A DNA stretch of 64,000 bases from a virus: positions 1 to 64,000 of the IMG/VR virus record IMGVR_UViG_3300048548_000653; one strand, written 5' to 3'. Below the pieces are notes generated by a model. That model worked only from the letters and a program-made list of their open reading frames with translations, made no database searches and was not told where the DNA came from. Below are positions 28,447-38,806 of this stretch, in pieces. A program made the position numbers and the translations under genes. Each line of letters starts with the position of its first letter. Within the stretch, counting starts at the first letter, position 1.

Positions 28447-28474
28447 TAAAAATGGGGGGCTGTTACTCCCCCAT
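28447..28474 (-). terminator. hairpin/terminator after hsp20
   Basis: TGGGGGAGTAACAGCCCCCCA followed by TTTTT. Confidence 0.55.
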
Positions 28475-28479
28475 AACTA

Positions 28480-28926
28480 TTAGCCTTCAATTGCATCAAA
28501 GTTTTTGATAGAAATTTTCTTTGGTTTCTGTGCTTCTGGTACATTGCGCACCAAATGAATGTTAAGCATACCTAGTTCAAGCCCGGCTTGTTCTACTTCA
28601 ATATGCTCTGCTAGAGTAAACTCTCTACGGAAGTTGCGTCCGCCAATACCTTTGTGTAGGTAGTTAACTTCTTCATCTCCTTTAGGAGTAGTACCTTCAA
28701 CAGTCAATACATTTTTCTCCAATGTAATGTCTAAATTGTCCATACCAAATCCAGCAACCGCCAACGAGATCATATATTCGTCTTCGTTGATTTCTACTAC
28801 ATTGTATGGTGGGTAACCTTGTGATTTACTGTTTGCAAACTCTTTGTTGAGTTGGTTAAACATTCTATCAAAGCCAATAGTTGCTCTGTGAAATTCAGGT
28901 AGGTTTAGTGTTTGTAATCTTGTCAT
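28480..28926 (-). CDS. small heat-shock protein Hsp20 (IbpA-like)
   Basis: IGFDRMF, YPPYNV, LAVAGF, YLHKGIG.R.FRREFTLAE. Confidence 0.93.
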   Translation of the reverse strand: MTRLQTLNLPEFHRATIGFDRMFNQLNKEFANSKSQGYPPYNVVEINEDEYMISLAVAGFGMDNLDITLEKNVLTVEGTTPKGDEEVNYLHKGIGGRNFRREFTLAEHIEVEQAGLELGMLNIHLVRNVPEAQKPKKISIKNFDAIEG

Positions 28927-28976
28927 TTGTTTCTCCTTATAAAGCAAGAATTATATTGAGCCCTTTCGGCGCTCAC
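28927..28976 (-). promoter_or_regulatory. ROSE-like RNA thermometer
   Basis: 5' hairpin TGAGC-GCCGAAAGG-GCTCA, then TTCTTGCTT-TAT-AAGGAGAA, in which UUGCU pairs with the SD. Confidence 0.7.
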
Positions 28977-28978
28977 AG

Positions 28979-30118
28979 TTATTTACCAATTGTCGATGAT
29001 TCATACACCGAATTGTGTGTTTGTGAGCAACGAATAAAAGTTGCACACTTACTAAGTTGCTTGAGTTTTAATGCACCTGTATAGGTACACGCACTACGCA
29101 CTCCTCCAAGGATCTCTTGTACTGTTCTAGCTACAGGTCCTCTATAAGGCACAAGCACTGTGCGTCCTTCTGATGAACGATAATTTTTTAGTCCACCAAA
29201 ATGCTTGTCATTTGCACTTTCACTACTCATACCGTAGAATTGCACAAAATGTTTTTCTTTAAACTTTCGAGTCCTTCCATCATCCTGGAATTCATCTGTA
29301 ATATACTTTCTAGTAATTACTTCGCCGCCGCCTTCATCGTGCCCAGCAAGCATACCACCAAGCATAACAAAATCTGCACCGGCTGCAAAGGCTTTAGCGA
29401 CATCTCCAGAGCTATTACACCCACCGTCAGCAATAATGTGACCACCAAGTCCGTGTGCTGCATCAGCGCATTCGATGACTGCAGATAGTTGCGGATATCC
29501 CACACCAGTTTGTATCCTAGTAGTGCAAACAGACCCGGGACCAATGCCCACTTTAACAATATCAGCTCCTGCAAGAATAAGTTCCTCCGTCATTTCTCGT
29601 GTAACAACATTACCTGCAATGATTACCAAGTCTGGAAAATCGTCTCTTACTTTACGAACGTGTTGTGCAAAGTGATCGCTGTAACCATTGGCAATGTCCA
29701 TACATACATATTTAAGCCTGTAGTCACATTCTTTTTTCACTTTCAATAATTTGTTATAATCACTTTCGCCTGTGCCAATACTCATTGCAACATTTTCAGT
29801 ACGTTCAAGCCCAATATCAGAATTAAAATATTCTATCAACTCTTCAGCACTGAAAGTTTTTACAAGACAAGTAAACATTTCGCCTTCTGCTAATTTATCA
29901 GCCATACGAAACGTTCCGACACCATCCATATTGCTTGCCATAATAGGAATACCCATATAATGATATTCATCAGGCAATGGTTCTGCAATGTCGTGATCAT
30001 AATGCCGAAATTGAAACTTACGATTTAATTTCACTTGTTTCCGGCTATGCAATGTACTGCGTTTTGGACGTATAAGAACGTCTTTGTAATCTAATTTAAT
30101 GTCTTCTTCGAGACGCAT
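28979..30118 (-). CDS. guaC: GMP reductase
   Basis: [40 protein letters not shown]. Confidence 0.95.
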   Translation of the reverse strand: MRLEEDIKLDYKDVLIRPKRSTLHSRKQVKLNRKFQFRHYDHDIAEPLPDEYHYMGIPIMASNMDGVGTFRMADKLAEGEMFTCLVKTFSAEELIEYFNSDIGLERTENVAMSIGTGESDYNKLLKVKKECDYRLKYVCMDIANGYSDHFAQHVRKVRDDFPDLVIIAGNVVTREMTEELILAGADIVKVGIGPGSVCTTRIQTGVGYPQLSAVIECADAAHGLGGHIIADGGCNSSGDVAKAFAAGADFVMLGGMLAGHDEGGGEVITRKYITDEFQDDGRTRKFKEKHFVQFYGMSSESANDKHFGGLKNYRSSEGRTVLVPYRGPVARTVQEILGGVRSACTYTGALKLKQLSKCATFIRCSQTHNSVYESSTIGK

Positions 30119-30382
30119 TTAATAACCTAACTGATCTTTTAATTTTATTTGATTTCTTTTGAATCGTCTAATGGCAGCTTTTTTTGCAAGTCTTTTTTTA
30201 GTGCCTTTACTTTCAAAATATTCACGCTTTCTTAGCTCTTGCATTAATCCATCTTCTGAGATCTTTTTCTTGAGCTTTCGCATTGCTTTGGTTACATCGT
30301 TGTTTATTACATTAACTTGTAAACCTTGTTTGTTCCAGTCGTCGTTATGTTTTTTTCGATTGTTTTTCATTTTGTCCTTCAT
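30119..30382 (-). CDS. rpsU: ribosomal protein bS21
   Basis: V.V.NNDV.KAMRKLKKK...ELRKREYFE. Confidence 0.88.
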   Translation of the reverse strand: MKDKMKNNRKKHNDDWNKQGLQVNVINNDVTKAMRKLKKKISEDGLMQELRKREYFESKGTKKRLAKKAAIRRFKRNQIKLKDQLGY

Positions 30383-30755
30383 TGGGTTCAGCTAGCCAAG
30401 TTAGATCATATATTCTATTAAGGCTAAGTTTAGTATAAGGTGTAACATCGTCTTTTGTCAAGTAAAAAACGTTGGGTAAACTAATTAAGTAACTAGAAAA
30501 TTTCTTTTCTAAAATTGGCATTTGATCTAAATCCAAAATAACAGTTTCGCATATTTTTGCTATTGCAAGTAACCACGCAATATCTGTTTCTTCTTCTGTT
30601 TGTGGATCATACAAATAAACATTAATTGATGTGCTTACAGTTTCAAGATATTTTTGAAAATCATTACGCACATCTGTACTGGGATTTACTAGTAATATAT
30701 TTTTGTTTTGATTGTGTAAAATATCCGGTGCTGTAATTACATTAATCTTTGTCAT
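30345..30755 (-). CDS. hypothetical phage protein
   Basis: INVITAPDI; coupled ORF. Confidence 0.65.
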   Translation of the reverse strand: MTKINVITAPDILHNQNKNILLVNPSTDVRNDFQKYLETVSTSINVYLYDPQTEEETDIAWLLAIAKICETVILDLDQMPILEKKFSSYLISLPNVFYLTKDDVTPYTKLSLNRIYDLTWLAEPNEGQNEKQSKKT

Positions 30756-32937
30756 TCGAACCTATTTTCTGCCATACGCTTTCTTGGTTTTGTTCATTGT
30801 TTTGTACGTAACCTGTGTATTGTTTGCCTTTGGCATCCTTTGCTATAAAAGATATATCCCAAGGCAAATTATCAATGTTACCTAATATATATTGTTCTTT
30901 TACATCTTTGGCGGTTTGATCTGGATTTTTTAGTTTCCATAACCGTTTAGCTTCTTTAAACTCTTCGTCGGTTTGTTCTTTATGTTCTACTTCTAATCGT
31001 CGTTGTTCTTGTCTGGATTCAAGAACTCTGTCGGCAACACTTCTTCCATCATAGCCGGTTCTATCATTGTTATACAACTTGGCATAGGAGACTGAATCAA
31101 AGTCTTCTCTGGTACTGGTTCCTGTTCCTGGCTCTCTGGTATTTTCTTCAAGTCGTCCAACATCGTCTCGTGATTGTGCATATTCATCATACTGATGATC
31201 ATTGCTTTTATTGTCATTGTTATTTCCCTCCGAGCCTAGCCGAAGACGCTCCTGTCTGCGCATCTCAAATGTGGCTTGGCTCGCTATAAGCAAAAGGACC
31301 GCTAATGGATCGAATACAAATATAATTACTATAATTACCCATCTTACCGCTTCCTCTAGTACATCTTTATCAGCTTCATCGTAAATGAATTCTGCAAGAT
31401 ATTTAATTGGTCCTACTTCTGCTTCAAGTTTCCTATATTCTGCTTGTAGAGTATACTTGTCTTCAGTTAAACTGTCAATAGTATTATTAAATTCTACAAT
31501 CTTTTTCTGTTGAGCATTTACTAATACTTCAACGTCTGTGTCTTTGCCTACTGTTAGGCTATCACGCAATCTTTGTATAAGATTATTGCTGGCTGCAATT
31601 TGTGACTCTGCACCGGCTCTAAGATCTTTTATAGTTTGTCTGGCAGCATTGATACGTGGATCGTCTGCTTTACGTAAGACAGTAATTTGCTCTTGAGCAG
31701 TTTGCCTTGCACTCCTATTAGAAGGAATATCAGTATTCAAAACATTGTCAATCTTTAATTGTATATTAGATTTTGTTTCTTTGGCTTCATCAATACTATT
31801 TGATCTAATTTGATCAATTGCATCTAAAAGACTTTGCTTACGCTGTAGTATAGTTTCAGTCTGCGGTCCACGCAAATCTTTTACTAGATCTGTTAGTCGT
31901 GTTCTTTCAACATCTAAGGTGCCTTGTGCTTGTGTTCTTAATTCTATTGCTTGTGTTTGTAATGTGTTTATACGTGATTGCTGTGCGTCTACCCATTTAG
32001 CAAGAGCAGTTCTAGTGTTTCCGCCAAATAGCCCGTCACTGGTAACACCTATAACCGCCTGACCTTCTTGTATCTTGGCACGTTCTGTACTTTGCAATTT
32101 ATTAGTAGTAACTACAATTGCATTTTCTATATCGGCAATCTGTTGCTGTAATGCTTCAATTGCACTGTTGTCGATACTTACTTCACTTATACGTTGTTCG
32201 TATTCATTTGCTTGTGTGTTGATACGTTGTAAATCTTCATCTAGTTGTGCAATCTGATCGTTATAGGGTTGCACTTGCTCTTCTATACTTGCAACTGTAG
32301 TAGTTTCTAATTCTCCTCTGTAGCTATCAGCTACATCTCTTAGACGCTGTAATTCGTTATCTAAACTTGTAATTTCTTCTTCGTATACAGCCACACGATC
32401 TTCTAAATTATCCAGTTGTGTTTGTATGATTACATTTTGTTCATCTATAGCAGGTTGTATACGTTCGTAGGCAGTATCGATACGAGTTTGTTCTTTATCT
32501 ATTTGTGCTTGAGTTTCGTTGTTGCCAATGCCTACACTTGCTTCAGCATCAGCAATACGTGTTTCTGCTCTACTAATCAAGTCTTGTATTCTTAGCACTT
32601 CTTTATCAATGCGTTCTATTTGTGCTAAGCCTTCTTCGGCAGCACTAGTTTGTTCGATATGTGCTTTTGATAAGAAACCAAAAATACCCATACTTGTTAT
32701 AAACATTAAAACTATTACACTGATACTGAGATAAGTTTTGAGCCACCATTTTGCTTTATCCCAATACCAATGTAGCCATACTGCCGTAACAAGTTTTCCA
32801 ACTTCAAGAGCTGTGCCCATAACTATAATAGGTATGGCGGCTGCTGCAAAAATTGCCACAAGGCCGCTTACCGAGTAGTAGATAGCAACGGCGCTAATAG
32901 TAAGCGCCGTTATCATTACAAAGAAACCAAATATCAT
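30742..32937 (-). CDS. multi-TM long coiled-coil protein with embedded peptidoglycan-binding-like motif
   Basis: Three N-terminal TM segments, heptad repeats, Q..IGV..DGLFGGNTRTAL, EVGPIKY, IFVFDPLA TM segment. Confidence 0.7.
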   Translation of the reverse strand: MIFGFFVMITALTISAVAIYYSVSGLVAIFAAAAIPIIVMGTALEVGKLVTAVWLHWYWDKAKWWLKTYLSISVIVLMFITSMGIFGFLSKAHIEQTSAAEEGLAQIERIDKEVLRIQDLISRAETRIADAEASVGIGNNETQAQIDKEQTRIDTAYERIQPAIDEQNVIIQTQLDNLEDRVAVYEEEITSLDNELQRLRDVADSYRGELETTTVASIEEQVQPYNDQIAQLDEDLQRINTQANEYEQRISEVSIDNSAIEALQQQIADIENAIVVTTNKLQSTERAKIQEGQAVIGVTSDGLFGGNTRTALAKWVDAQQSRINTLQTQAIELRTQAQGTLDVERTRLTDLVKDLRGPQTETILQRKQSLLDAIDQIRSNSIDEAKETKSNIQLKIDNVLNTDIPSNRSARQTAQEQITVLRKADDPRINAARQTIKDLRAGAESQIAASNNLIQRLRDSLTVGKDTDVEVLVNAQQKKIVEFNNTIDSLTEDKYTLQAEYRKLEAEVGPIKYLAEFIYDEADKDVLEEAVRWVIIVIIFVFDPLAVLLLIASQATFEMRRQERLRLGSEGNNNDNKSNDHQYDEYAQSRDDVGRLEENTREPGTGTSTREDFDSVSYAKLYNNDRTGYDGRSVADRVLESRQEQRRLEVEHKEQTDEEFKEAKRLWKLKNPDQTAKDVKEQYILGNIDNLPWDISFIAKDAKGKQYTGYVQNNEQNQESVWQKIGSNDKD

Positions 32938-32949
32938 TATATTATTTAA

Positions 32950-33432
32950 TCACTCCCACCGGTAGAATATATGCGCACCTATCCTACCTACTAATTGTAG
33001 TGTCTTTGCCCAACGTGGAGACACATATGTAGCGTGATAATGTGTTGCGCCTTCGGTAATGCCACGATATTTGTCAAACTTAATTATTCCCCAAGCAATC
33101 ATTTGTGCTTCAGCCCAACGATCTTGATCCTGTGGATTATCTGACTTACCATCACAGTACCAGCTAAATTGGCAATTCTTTTTTCCTTTTTTATATCCAT
33201 CGTGTACAACATCACAAATTGTGTTTGGATAGCGGCTGTCATTTACTCGATTTAAAACCACATCTGCCACTGCTGCTTTATCGGCAAGATTACTCCCTCT
33301 TGCTTCATAATAAACATTTAGAGCTAGACAATGTTCTTGAGGATGAGAGCCAAAGTCAAATAAGTTATTTTGTGCTTCTGCTTCTACACTAGATGCAGCC
33401 AGCAAAAAAACTGCTGTTAAAAATTTTTTCAT
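32950..33432 (-). CDS. SleB-like cell wall hydrolase (Hydrolase_2)
   Basis: CLALNVYYEARG, VLNRV..YPNTIC.VV, CQFSW, GATHYHA, IGAHIFY. Confidence 0.92.
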   Translation of the reverse strand: MKKFLTAVFLLAASSVEAEAQNNLFDFGSHPQEHCLALNVYYEARGSNLADKAAVADVVLNRVNDSRYPNTICDVVHDGYKKGKKNCQFSWYCDGKSDNPQDQDRWAEAQMIAWGIIKFDKYRGITEGATHYHATYVSPRWAKTLQLVGRIGAHIFYRWE

Positions 33433-33444
33433 ATCTACCTTTTA

Positions 33445-33801
33445 TTAATTTCTGCGCATTGCGGAGATGTCTTTTGCATCTTCTTTTCTATCCGCAAATA
33501 CTGGTACCATATTGCTCTTGTGCATTGTTGCAATACCTAGTAATTGGCGTTCACCTGAATATACCATAGACTCTTTTGCTGGACCGTGTCCTGCAATATT
33601 ATTGCCTAATTTGACTGTTTCATTTGTACTGTAATCAGGTATCTCGTTTGTGTGCTTGGCTGTGCTTTTGCCAACTCCCATAGACTCAAGCCACTTTTCG
33701 TGTTCTGCTTGTTTCGCTGCAAGACGTTTATTCCTGCTAGTCTTTTGTTTACGATTATACTTTGTGGTGGTCATATAAGGACCAACTAAGTGCATCGACA
33801 T
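33445..33801 (-). CDS. hypothetical phage protein
   Basis: GIATMHKSNMVPVF; early promoter upstream. Confidence 0.7.
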   Translation of the reverse strand: MSMHLVGPYMTTTKYNRKQKTSRNKRLAAKQAEHEKWLESMGVGKSTAKHTNEIPDYSTNETVKLGNNIAGHGPAKESMVYSGERQLLGIATMHKSNMVPVFADRKEDAKDISAMRRN

Positions 33802-33831
33802 AATAAACTCCTGTATTGTTATTACTACATT

Positions 33832-33860
33832 AGTATATACAGGAGCTATTACTTTGTCAA
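33832..33860 (-). promoter_or_regulatory. sigma70-type promoter
   Basis: TTGACA-N17-TATACT. Confidence 0.7.
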
Positions 33861-33861
33861 C

Positions 33862-34101
33862 CTAAAAACTTCGAGGTCTATTGTATTGTTTTAAATTGCT
33901 ACGATCTCTCGGCTTTGGCATTTGTTTGCCCGTCATAGAATTGTATTTCTCACTATGTTCTTTTAAATAAGCTAATCTATCTATAAGCCATTGATAGTTA
34001 GGATGAGTTTCATCTATTCGTTTCAACTGATCTTCTACATTTGAAACTGCACGATGTATCCAGCTCCTAATTTCTGCAATTGTTGTGTAATTAGTGTTCA
34101 T
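33862..34101 (-). CDS. hypothetical protein
   Basis: ORF. Confidence 0.5.
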   Translation of the reverse strand: MNTNYTTIAEIRSWIHRAVSNVEDQLKRIDETHPNYQWLIDRLAYLKEHSEKYNSMTGKQMPKPRDRSNLKQYNRPRSF

Positions 34102-34109
34102 TAGCTAAT

Positions 34110-34586
34110 TTACTTTCCTTCCATAAGTTTTTCAGCTTCCTCGACTGCTTCTTTACTTACCACACCTTCACGCAACAGTTTCTCTCTATTGGCCATATGC
34201 TTCATTTGTATTTCTTCTTTACTACCGCCAAAGTATGCAACGCAATGTCCTTCTGCTATCATAATATCAGTCACTAAGTCGCCATTTGGTGCTCTAAAGT
34301 CACCCAAGATGCGGCCAAACTTGCCCTTCATATCTTCGCCGTGTTTGTTTTCAGTTGTGATAAGTTTTCCACCATTCTCAAGTAATTCTTTTAATCTTTT
34401 CTTTGCAGCCAGTCCAAAAACTTTTTCTACTTTATCACTAGTGCGTGATTCTGGGGTATCAATGCCCATAATTCTTACACGCTCATCTTTTAACCATACG
34501 TTGAATCCTAGGTCAATGTCTACGTCTACTGTATCACCGTCAACGCATTTAAGTAGTATTACGTCATATTCATTTTGTGTTTGCAT
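34110..34586 (-). CDS. thermonuclease (SNase-like)
   Basis: VDGDTVD, RVRIMGIDTPESRT, GKFGRILG. Confidence 0.9.
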   Translation of the reverse strand: MQTQNEYDVILLKCVDGDTVDVDIDLGFNVWLKDERVRIMGIDTPESRTSDKVEKVFGLAAKKRLKELLENGGKLITTENKHGEDMKGKFGRILGDFRAPNGDLVTDIMIAEGHCVAYFGGSKEEIQMKHMANREKLLREGVVSKEAVEEAEKLMEGK

Positions 34587-34620
34587 TTTTTGCCCTCTCT
34601 AAATAATGTGCCCGTATTAT

Positions 34621-35175
34621 TTATGGAGAAGTATTCTGATGCCACACTGCTAATTCAAATATTTGTATATCTTGGGGTTGATCTAACACCCATTTAACCG
34701 TTTCTGCAACTTTACTAGGCGGCATTTTCTTAATATGCCTGAGAAACTTTATCATATCAGTGTCTGTCCAACCAATAATTAAATTTGTTACTCTACAATT
34801 AAAAGTACTAACACCGGCTCTCATACGTAATGTTTTGGCTTTAACATTTTCATCTAGTTCTTGCTTGTTTTTAACGTAGTTACCAAACCCTGCTTGGAAT
34901 TCTGGATATTTACTAGAACTATTCATATTGATAATAGTTTTATGTTTATATTTCCAATCTTCCCAAAACAAATCAAATAATTTTGTTTGATAATTTTGAA
35001 ACTGTGCATTGTTTATAAAAACATCTGCATCTTTTGCAAGCTCATATATTGCATCAGGTTCATTTATGTTATAACCATTTGTTCTACTAAAACCAACAAT
35101 TTCGTGTTCATTCTCTAACAGTTGTTTAATTGCATTGCCAATTCCTTTGGTATGGCCTGTTAATGCAATCTTCAC
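34621..35175 (-). CDS. short-chain dehydrogenase/reductase
   Basis: TGHTKGIG, FINNA, YVKNK. Confidence 0.85.
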   Translation of the reverse strand: MKIALTGHTKGIGNAIKQLLENEHEIVGFSRTNGYNINEPDAIYELAKDADVFINNAQFQNYQTKLFDLFWEDWKYKHKTIINMNSSSKYPEFQAGFGNYVKNKQELDENVKAKTLRMRAGVSTFNCRVTNLIIGWTDTDMIKFLRHIKKMPPSKVAETVKWVLDQPQDIQIFELAVWHQNTSP

Positions 35176-36860
35176 GCTAACATTTCTTCCTGTTTTAATG
35201 ATTGTACGTGATTTATCAATTTAAGTTCAGTGTGATAATTATCAATCCATTGTCTGTTTTTTTGATAAACATCCTGTGGTACAACTTTAGCTGTTAATAT
35301 TTTCACTGACTCTAAATGATTGTATCCTAAACTACGTAGCCTTGGATACGCCCAGAAATTGGTGTTGTAACTAAAGTGTCTTTCAAATGCTGTCTTAGGA
35401 TGATCCACTAACATTTTTTCCCATTCGATTGCAATTTTTTGTGCATCGTGTAGGTCCATACTGTTATGCTTCCAATAGTAGTTTGGATAATATTCTAAAT
35501 GTATTCCGTATGGGTTATCAGGCTTACCTGTAAATGCAGGAGACTTACTATCGTTACCGTCACTTACAAAGAATAATTCATATTGTATTTTGTCTAGCAC
35601 TGTTTGCTCTTGGAACCATTCTGCTGTTTTTATCAAACTTTCTTTTGTTTCGCCAGGCAATCCAATAATCATACTAGCAAGAATAAAAACATCGTCTTGT
35701 GCAACTTCACGCATCCAAACTAATATTTCTTTCATACGTTCTGGATCTAATCCTTTACCTGCAAGTTTACCTGCTGTATGATCAAGTGTTTCTACACCCA
35801 AGAACACACCTTTGCAACCCATATCAATCATTTTATGCCACATTTCAGGATACTTACTAAACATATCGGGCCTACAATAACTAATCCATTCCATTTTAAA
35901 CGGCAAACTTTTTATGACACTGTGTAACATATCTATTTTTGCTGGACTGTCGTTAACTGTATCATCTGTGAGCATATATCCTGTGACACCAAAGTTTTCA
36001 TAGTTGTACATAAGTTCTTCACGCAAACAATCTTTGTCCTTAATAAGTGTGCCTCTAATGTCATAGAAACAAAACTTACAACCAAACCTACAACCTTTGC
36101 TTACCTCAAGTGGTAACCATTCGCCATTCTTAATAGCCATTGAGTGTTGATAGTTGCTTTGTAATACTTTTGCACCAGTTGATGCCATTTTTGTTTCGTT
36201 GATAAAAAAGATACCATTTTTTTCGTGTACCTTTTTTGGATCAAGATTTCCATTTAAAAATTCTACTATGGTATCTTCTGCATAGCCATTAAACACATAG
36301 TTAATGTGTTTTTGGAAAGCTACCGGAAATTTTGCCTCTGGTCTTGTTTTAAAATGTATTTTATACCATAAGTCGGTTATAGCGCCACCTAGTATAAATT
36401 CTATATCAGGATTTATATCCTTAATTTTACTAAACCATTCATCTACTTGTCGTTGTCTTGTAAACCATAGGTTAAAATCTTGTGCTCTTGGATTAAATGT
36501 ATTCAACAAAAATGTTGTGCTTAATCCAATATAAACTGTGTCTTCATTTATAAAATTTTCTAAGTAATCGTGAAAGTGCTCAATTTTTGTAAACCAATCA
36601 ATAACTACAACTTCCCAGTCAGGACAATTTTGATGTACAGCACTTGCCACTGCATAAGGACCCATATACCTACTCCAAAAAGTATATTTGTTATTAGATG
36701 AAATCATTTTGACTTCATACTTTTTGTTTGATTTTTCTTGTTGTTCAATATGCAAATTATTAAACGTGTCTTCATCTAAATCTTGCAAAGAGTCTTGTGT
36801 TTGTCCAGAGATGTCATTATCAAATATATCGTTGAGTAGAATGATTCTGTTCTTACGCAT
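35172..36860 (-). CDS. B12-binding-type radical SAM protein
   Basis: KGCRFGCKFC, DDTVND, GVET, IIGLPGET. Confidence 0.85.
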   Translation of the reverse strand: MRKNRIILLNDIFDNDISGQTQDSLQDLDEDTFNNLHIEQQEKSNKKYEVKMISSNNKYTFWSRYMGPYAVASAVHQNCPDWEVVVIDWFTKIEHFHDYLENFINEDTVYIGLSTTFLLNTFNPRAQDFNLWFTRQRQVDEWFSKIKDINPDIEFILGGAITDLWYKIHFKTRPEAKFPVAFQKHINYVFNGYAEDTIVEFLNGNLDPKKVHEKNGIFFINETKMASTGAKVLQSNYQHSMAIKNGEWLPLEVSKGCRFGCKFCFYDIRGTLIKDKDCLREELMYNYENFGVTGYMLTDDTVNDSPAKIDMLHSVIKSLPFKMEWISYCRPDMFSKYPEMWHKMIDMGCKGVFLGVETLDHTAGKLAGKGLDPERMKEILVWMREVAQDDVFILASMIIGLPGETKESLIKTAEWFQEQTVLDKIQYELFFVSDGNDSKSPAFTGKPDNPYGIHLEYYPNYYWKHNSMDLHDAQKIAIEWEKMLVDHPKTAFERHFSYNTNFWAYPRLRSLGYNHLESVKILTAKVVPQDVYQKNRQWIDNYHTELKLINHVQSLKQEEMLA

Positions 36861-36927
36861 TAATAAACCTTTTTGTATTTTTTATTATTATACTACAGAA
36901 TAGAATAATATGCAACTATTTATAGAC

Positions 36928-36952
36928 AAAAAAAGAGCCCGGAGGCTCTTTT
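36928..36952 (-). terminator. intrinsic terminator after porin
   Basis: AAAAGAGCCTCCGGGCTCTTTTTTT. Confidence 0.7.
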
Positions 36953-36974
36953 AAATTTTTGTTTATTTTATAGT

Positions 36975-37766
36975 TTAGAATGAAAATCCAACTGATACTG
37001 ATGGAGTTAATTCTTCTTTATCGATATTATAGTTCACTCCGCCTTCGAGCTCAGCGCCACCTAGCAACATAGTATATTCACCACCGATATTTTGTAGTGC
37101 GTCATCTTGATCACCGTTTGTGTATGCTGTTAAACCACCAAGTCCTGCTGTACCTTCGTATGCAAATTTACTCGCATCCATATCATATGACATAGCGCCG
37201 CCTAATACTGCTCCGCCAAAAGCAAAGTCGCTTACACCGCCGCCGATTACTGTGTTTTCACTGTCCAGGTTATAATCTAATGCGCCTGTAACACTTGCAA
37301 TACCTGCGTCTACAGTGTATGCACCTTGCACGTTACTGATATCTGTTACATCAGTTGTCCAATCAGTAAAACCAAGTGCTACACTTGCTGCACCTGCTGT
37401 AACTTTAACAGATTCAGTCATAACTGGCGCTGTCAATGTGTGATTGCCTTCTGCATCTGGCATTACACCGTTGTCGTCGCCAATTGCAATTCCAACACTA
37501 TTTACAGTTGTACCAACTGTCCAATTGTCTAGTGTAATTGAACCGCCGTCTACTGCACTTAAATCTAGATCAACAGTTGCCAATCCACTAGCATTGATAT
37601 CTAAATCAAGTGCCATTGCACCACCCCATTTGTCTGTGGTTGCATTTTCTGAGAATGTTAACTCAACTTCGCCTGATAGTGTCGGTCCCGATACTACTGC
37701 TGGCGCTTCAGCAAATGCCGCTCCCGCGACGAACATTGCTGCTATTGTGGTAAATACGTTACGCAT
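36975..37766 (-). CDS. alphaproteobacterial porin-like outer-membrane protein
   Basis: Signal peptide, LSGEVEL, beta-strand pattern, terminal VGFSF. Confidence 0.8.
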   Translation of the reverse strand: MRNVFTTIAAMFVAGAAFAEAPAVVSGPTLSGEVELTFSENATTDKWGGAMALDLDINASGLATVDLDLSAVDGGSITLDNWTVGTTVNSVGIAIGDDNGVMPDAEGNHTLTAPVMTESVKVTAGAASVALGFTDWTTDVTDISNVQGAYTVDAGIASVTGALDYNLDSENTVIGGGVSDFAFGGAVLGGAMSYDMDASKFAYEGTAGLGGLTAYTNGDQDDALQNIGGEYTMLLGGAELEGGVNYNIDKEELTPSVSVGFSF

Positions 37767-37911
37767 AATAATTTCCTTCTTTTTTGTTATGTGTTCATAA
37801 AGCAAAGGGCAAGTTCGACGCTTGCCCTTTCGCTGTGTTATTTATTACAAGCGTTGCTGTGAGTGCAACATTTTGTTATAATCTGAAATTTATGTTGTTT
37901 TTATGCAACAT

Positions 37912-38340
37912 CTATAGATCAGCCAGTAATGCTTTCATTTTCTTTTTAGACTTGCCACGCATTTTCATATCAGTGATTGCATCTAAATTAGATGTATCGT
38001 CACCAACGACTACCATTGCAATCATTCCCATTGATTTGTGTGGGGTACATTGGTATAGGTAAATGCCTGGAGCATCAAATGTAATAGCAACTTCTTTACC
38101 ATTCTTTGATTTCTTAGGTGCATCCCAGCCATCTGGACCTGCAATAAATTCTACATTGTGACCTTTTGAAGTTGGTACCCAAGTAATTGTATCGCCTACA
38201 TCGATACGAGCAATGTCTTCGGAGTAAACCATTTTAGCTCCGTCGTCACGTTTGTTTAACATTTCAATTGTTGTGTCTGCGGCTAGTGCTGGTGTCGCCA
38301 TAACTGCAAGCAATCCTAGTGTAGTCAATAGTTTAATCAT
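37912..38340 (-). CDS. pseudoazurin (type 1 copper protein)
   Basis: Signal peptide, MLNK, GHNVE, YQCTPHKSMGM; all four Cu ligands present. Confidence 0.93.
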   Translation of the reverse strand: MIKLLTTLGLLAVMATPALAADTTIEMLNKRDDGAKMVYSEDIARIDVGDTITWVPTSKGHNVEFIAGPDGWDAPKKSKNGKEVAITFDAPGIYLYQCTPHKSMGMIAMVVVGDDTSNLDAITDMKMRGKSKKKMKALLADL

Positions 38341-38361
38341 ATTTTTTCCTTTTCTATATAA

Positions 38362-38580
38362 TTATCCGCCCGGTACAAATTTATTTTTTGGTTTGTACCA
38401 AATTTTTTGGTCGTGTAGTCTGCCGAGTAATTCTTGTATCTCGTGCATTTCTTTTTTGAGCATATCACTTGTTTCGCCGTTAGCAATTGCCATTCCCCTG
38501 CGTCCTGCCTTGGCTCTAAGTGCTTGCTCTATAATTTCAATATCTCTTACTGAAAGAGTAAATTTAATATTAGGCTTCAT
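38362..38580 (-). CDS. hypothetical protein
   Basis: LSVRDIEIIE.AL...LLGRLHDQK. Confidence 0.65.
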   Translation of the reverse strand: MKPNIKFTLSVRDIEIIEQALRAKAGRRGMAIANGETSDMLKKEMHEIQELLGRLHDQKIWYKPKNKFVPGG

Positions 38581-38806
38581 CGGGTACCTCTACCACGTTT
38601 TGATTTTCTGGTAAGCATAGAACAGATGTTATTGAGTCATTGAAGCCTGCTTTTGCTATAACTTCTACTGCCAGTCTATCACTGTTATCGGGATTCATAA
38701 CATACTCCACACATTCTTCTTTGGAATTAAATTCTAGTATTGGAATTATAAAAGGGTCTGCTAATGCCATTGTAACGATAATTAAAAATTTCATAAACTG
38801 TTCCAT
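38570..38806 (-). CDS. small secreted two-Cys protein
   Basis: Hydrophobic N-terminus, F.SKEEC. Confidence 0.55.
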   Translation of the reverse strand: MEQFMKFLIIVTMALADPFIIPILEFNSKEECVEYVMNPDNSDRLAVEVIAKAGFNDSITSVLCLPENQNVVEVPDEA

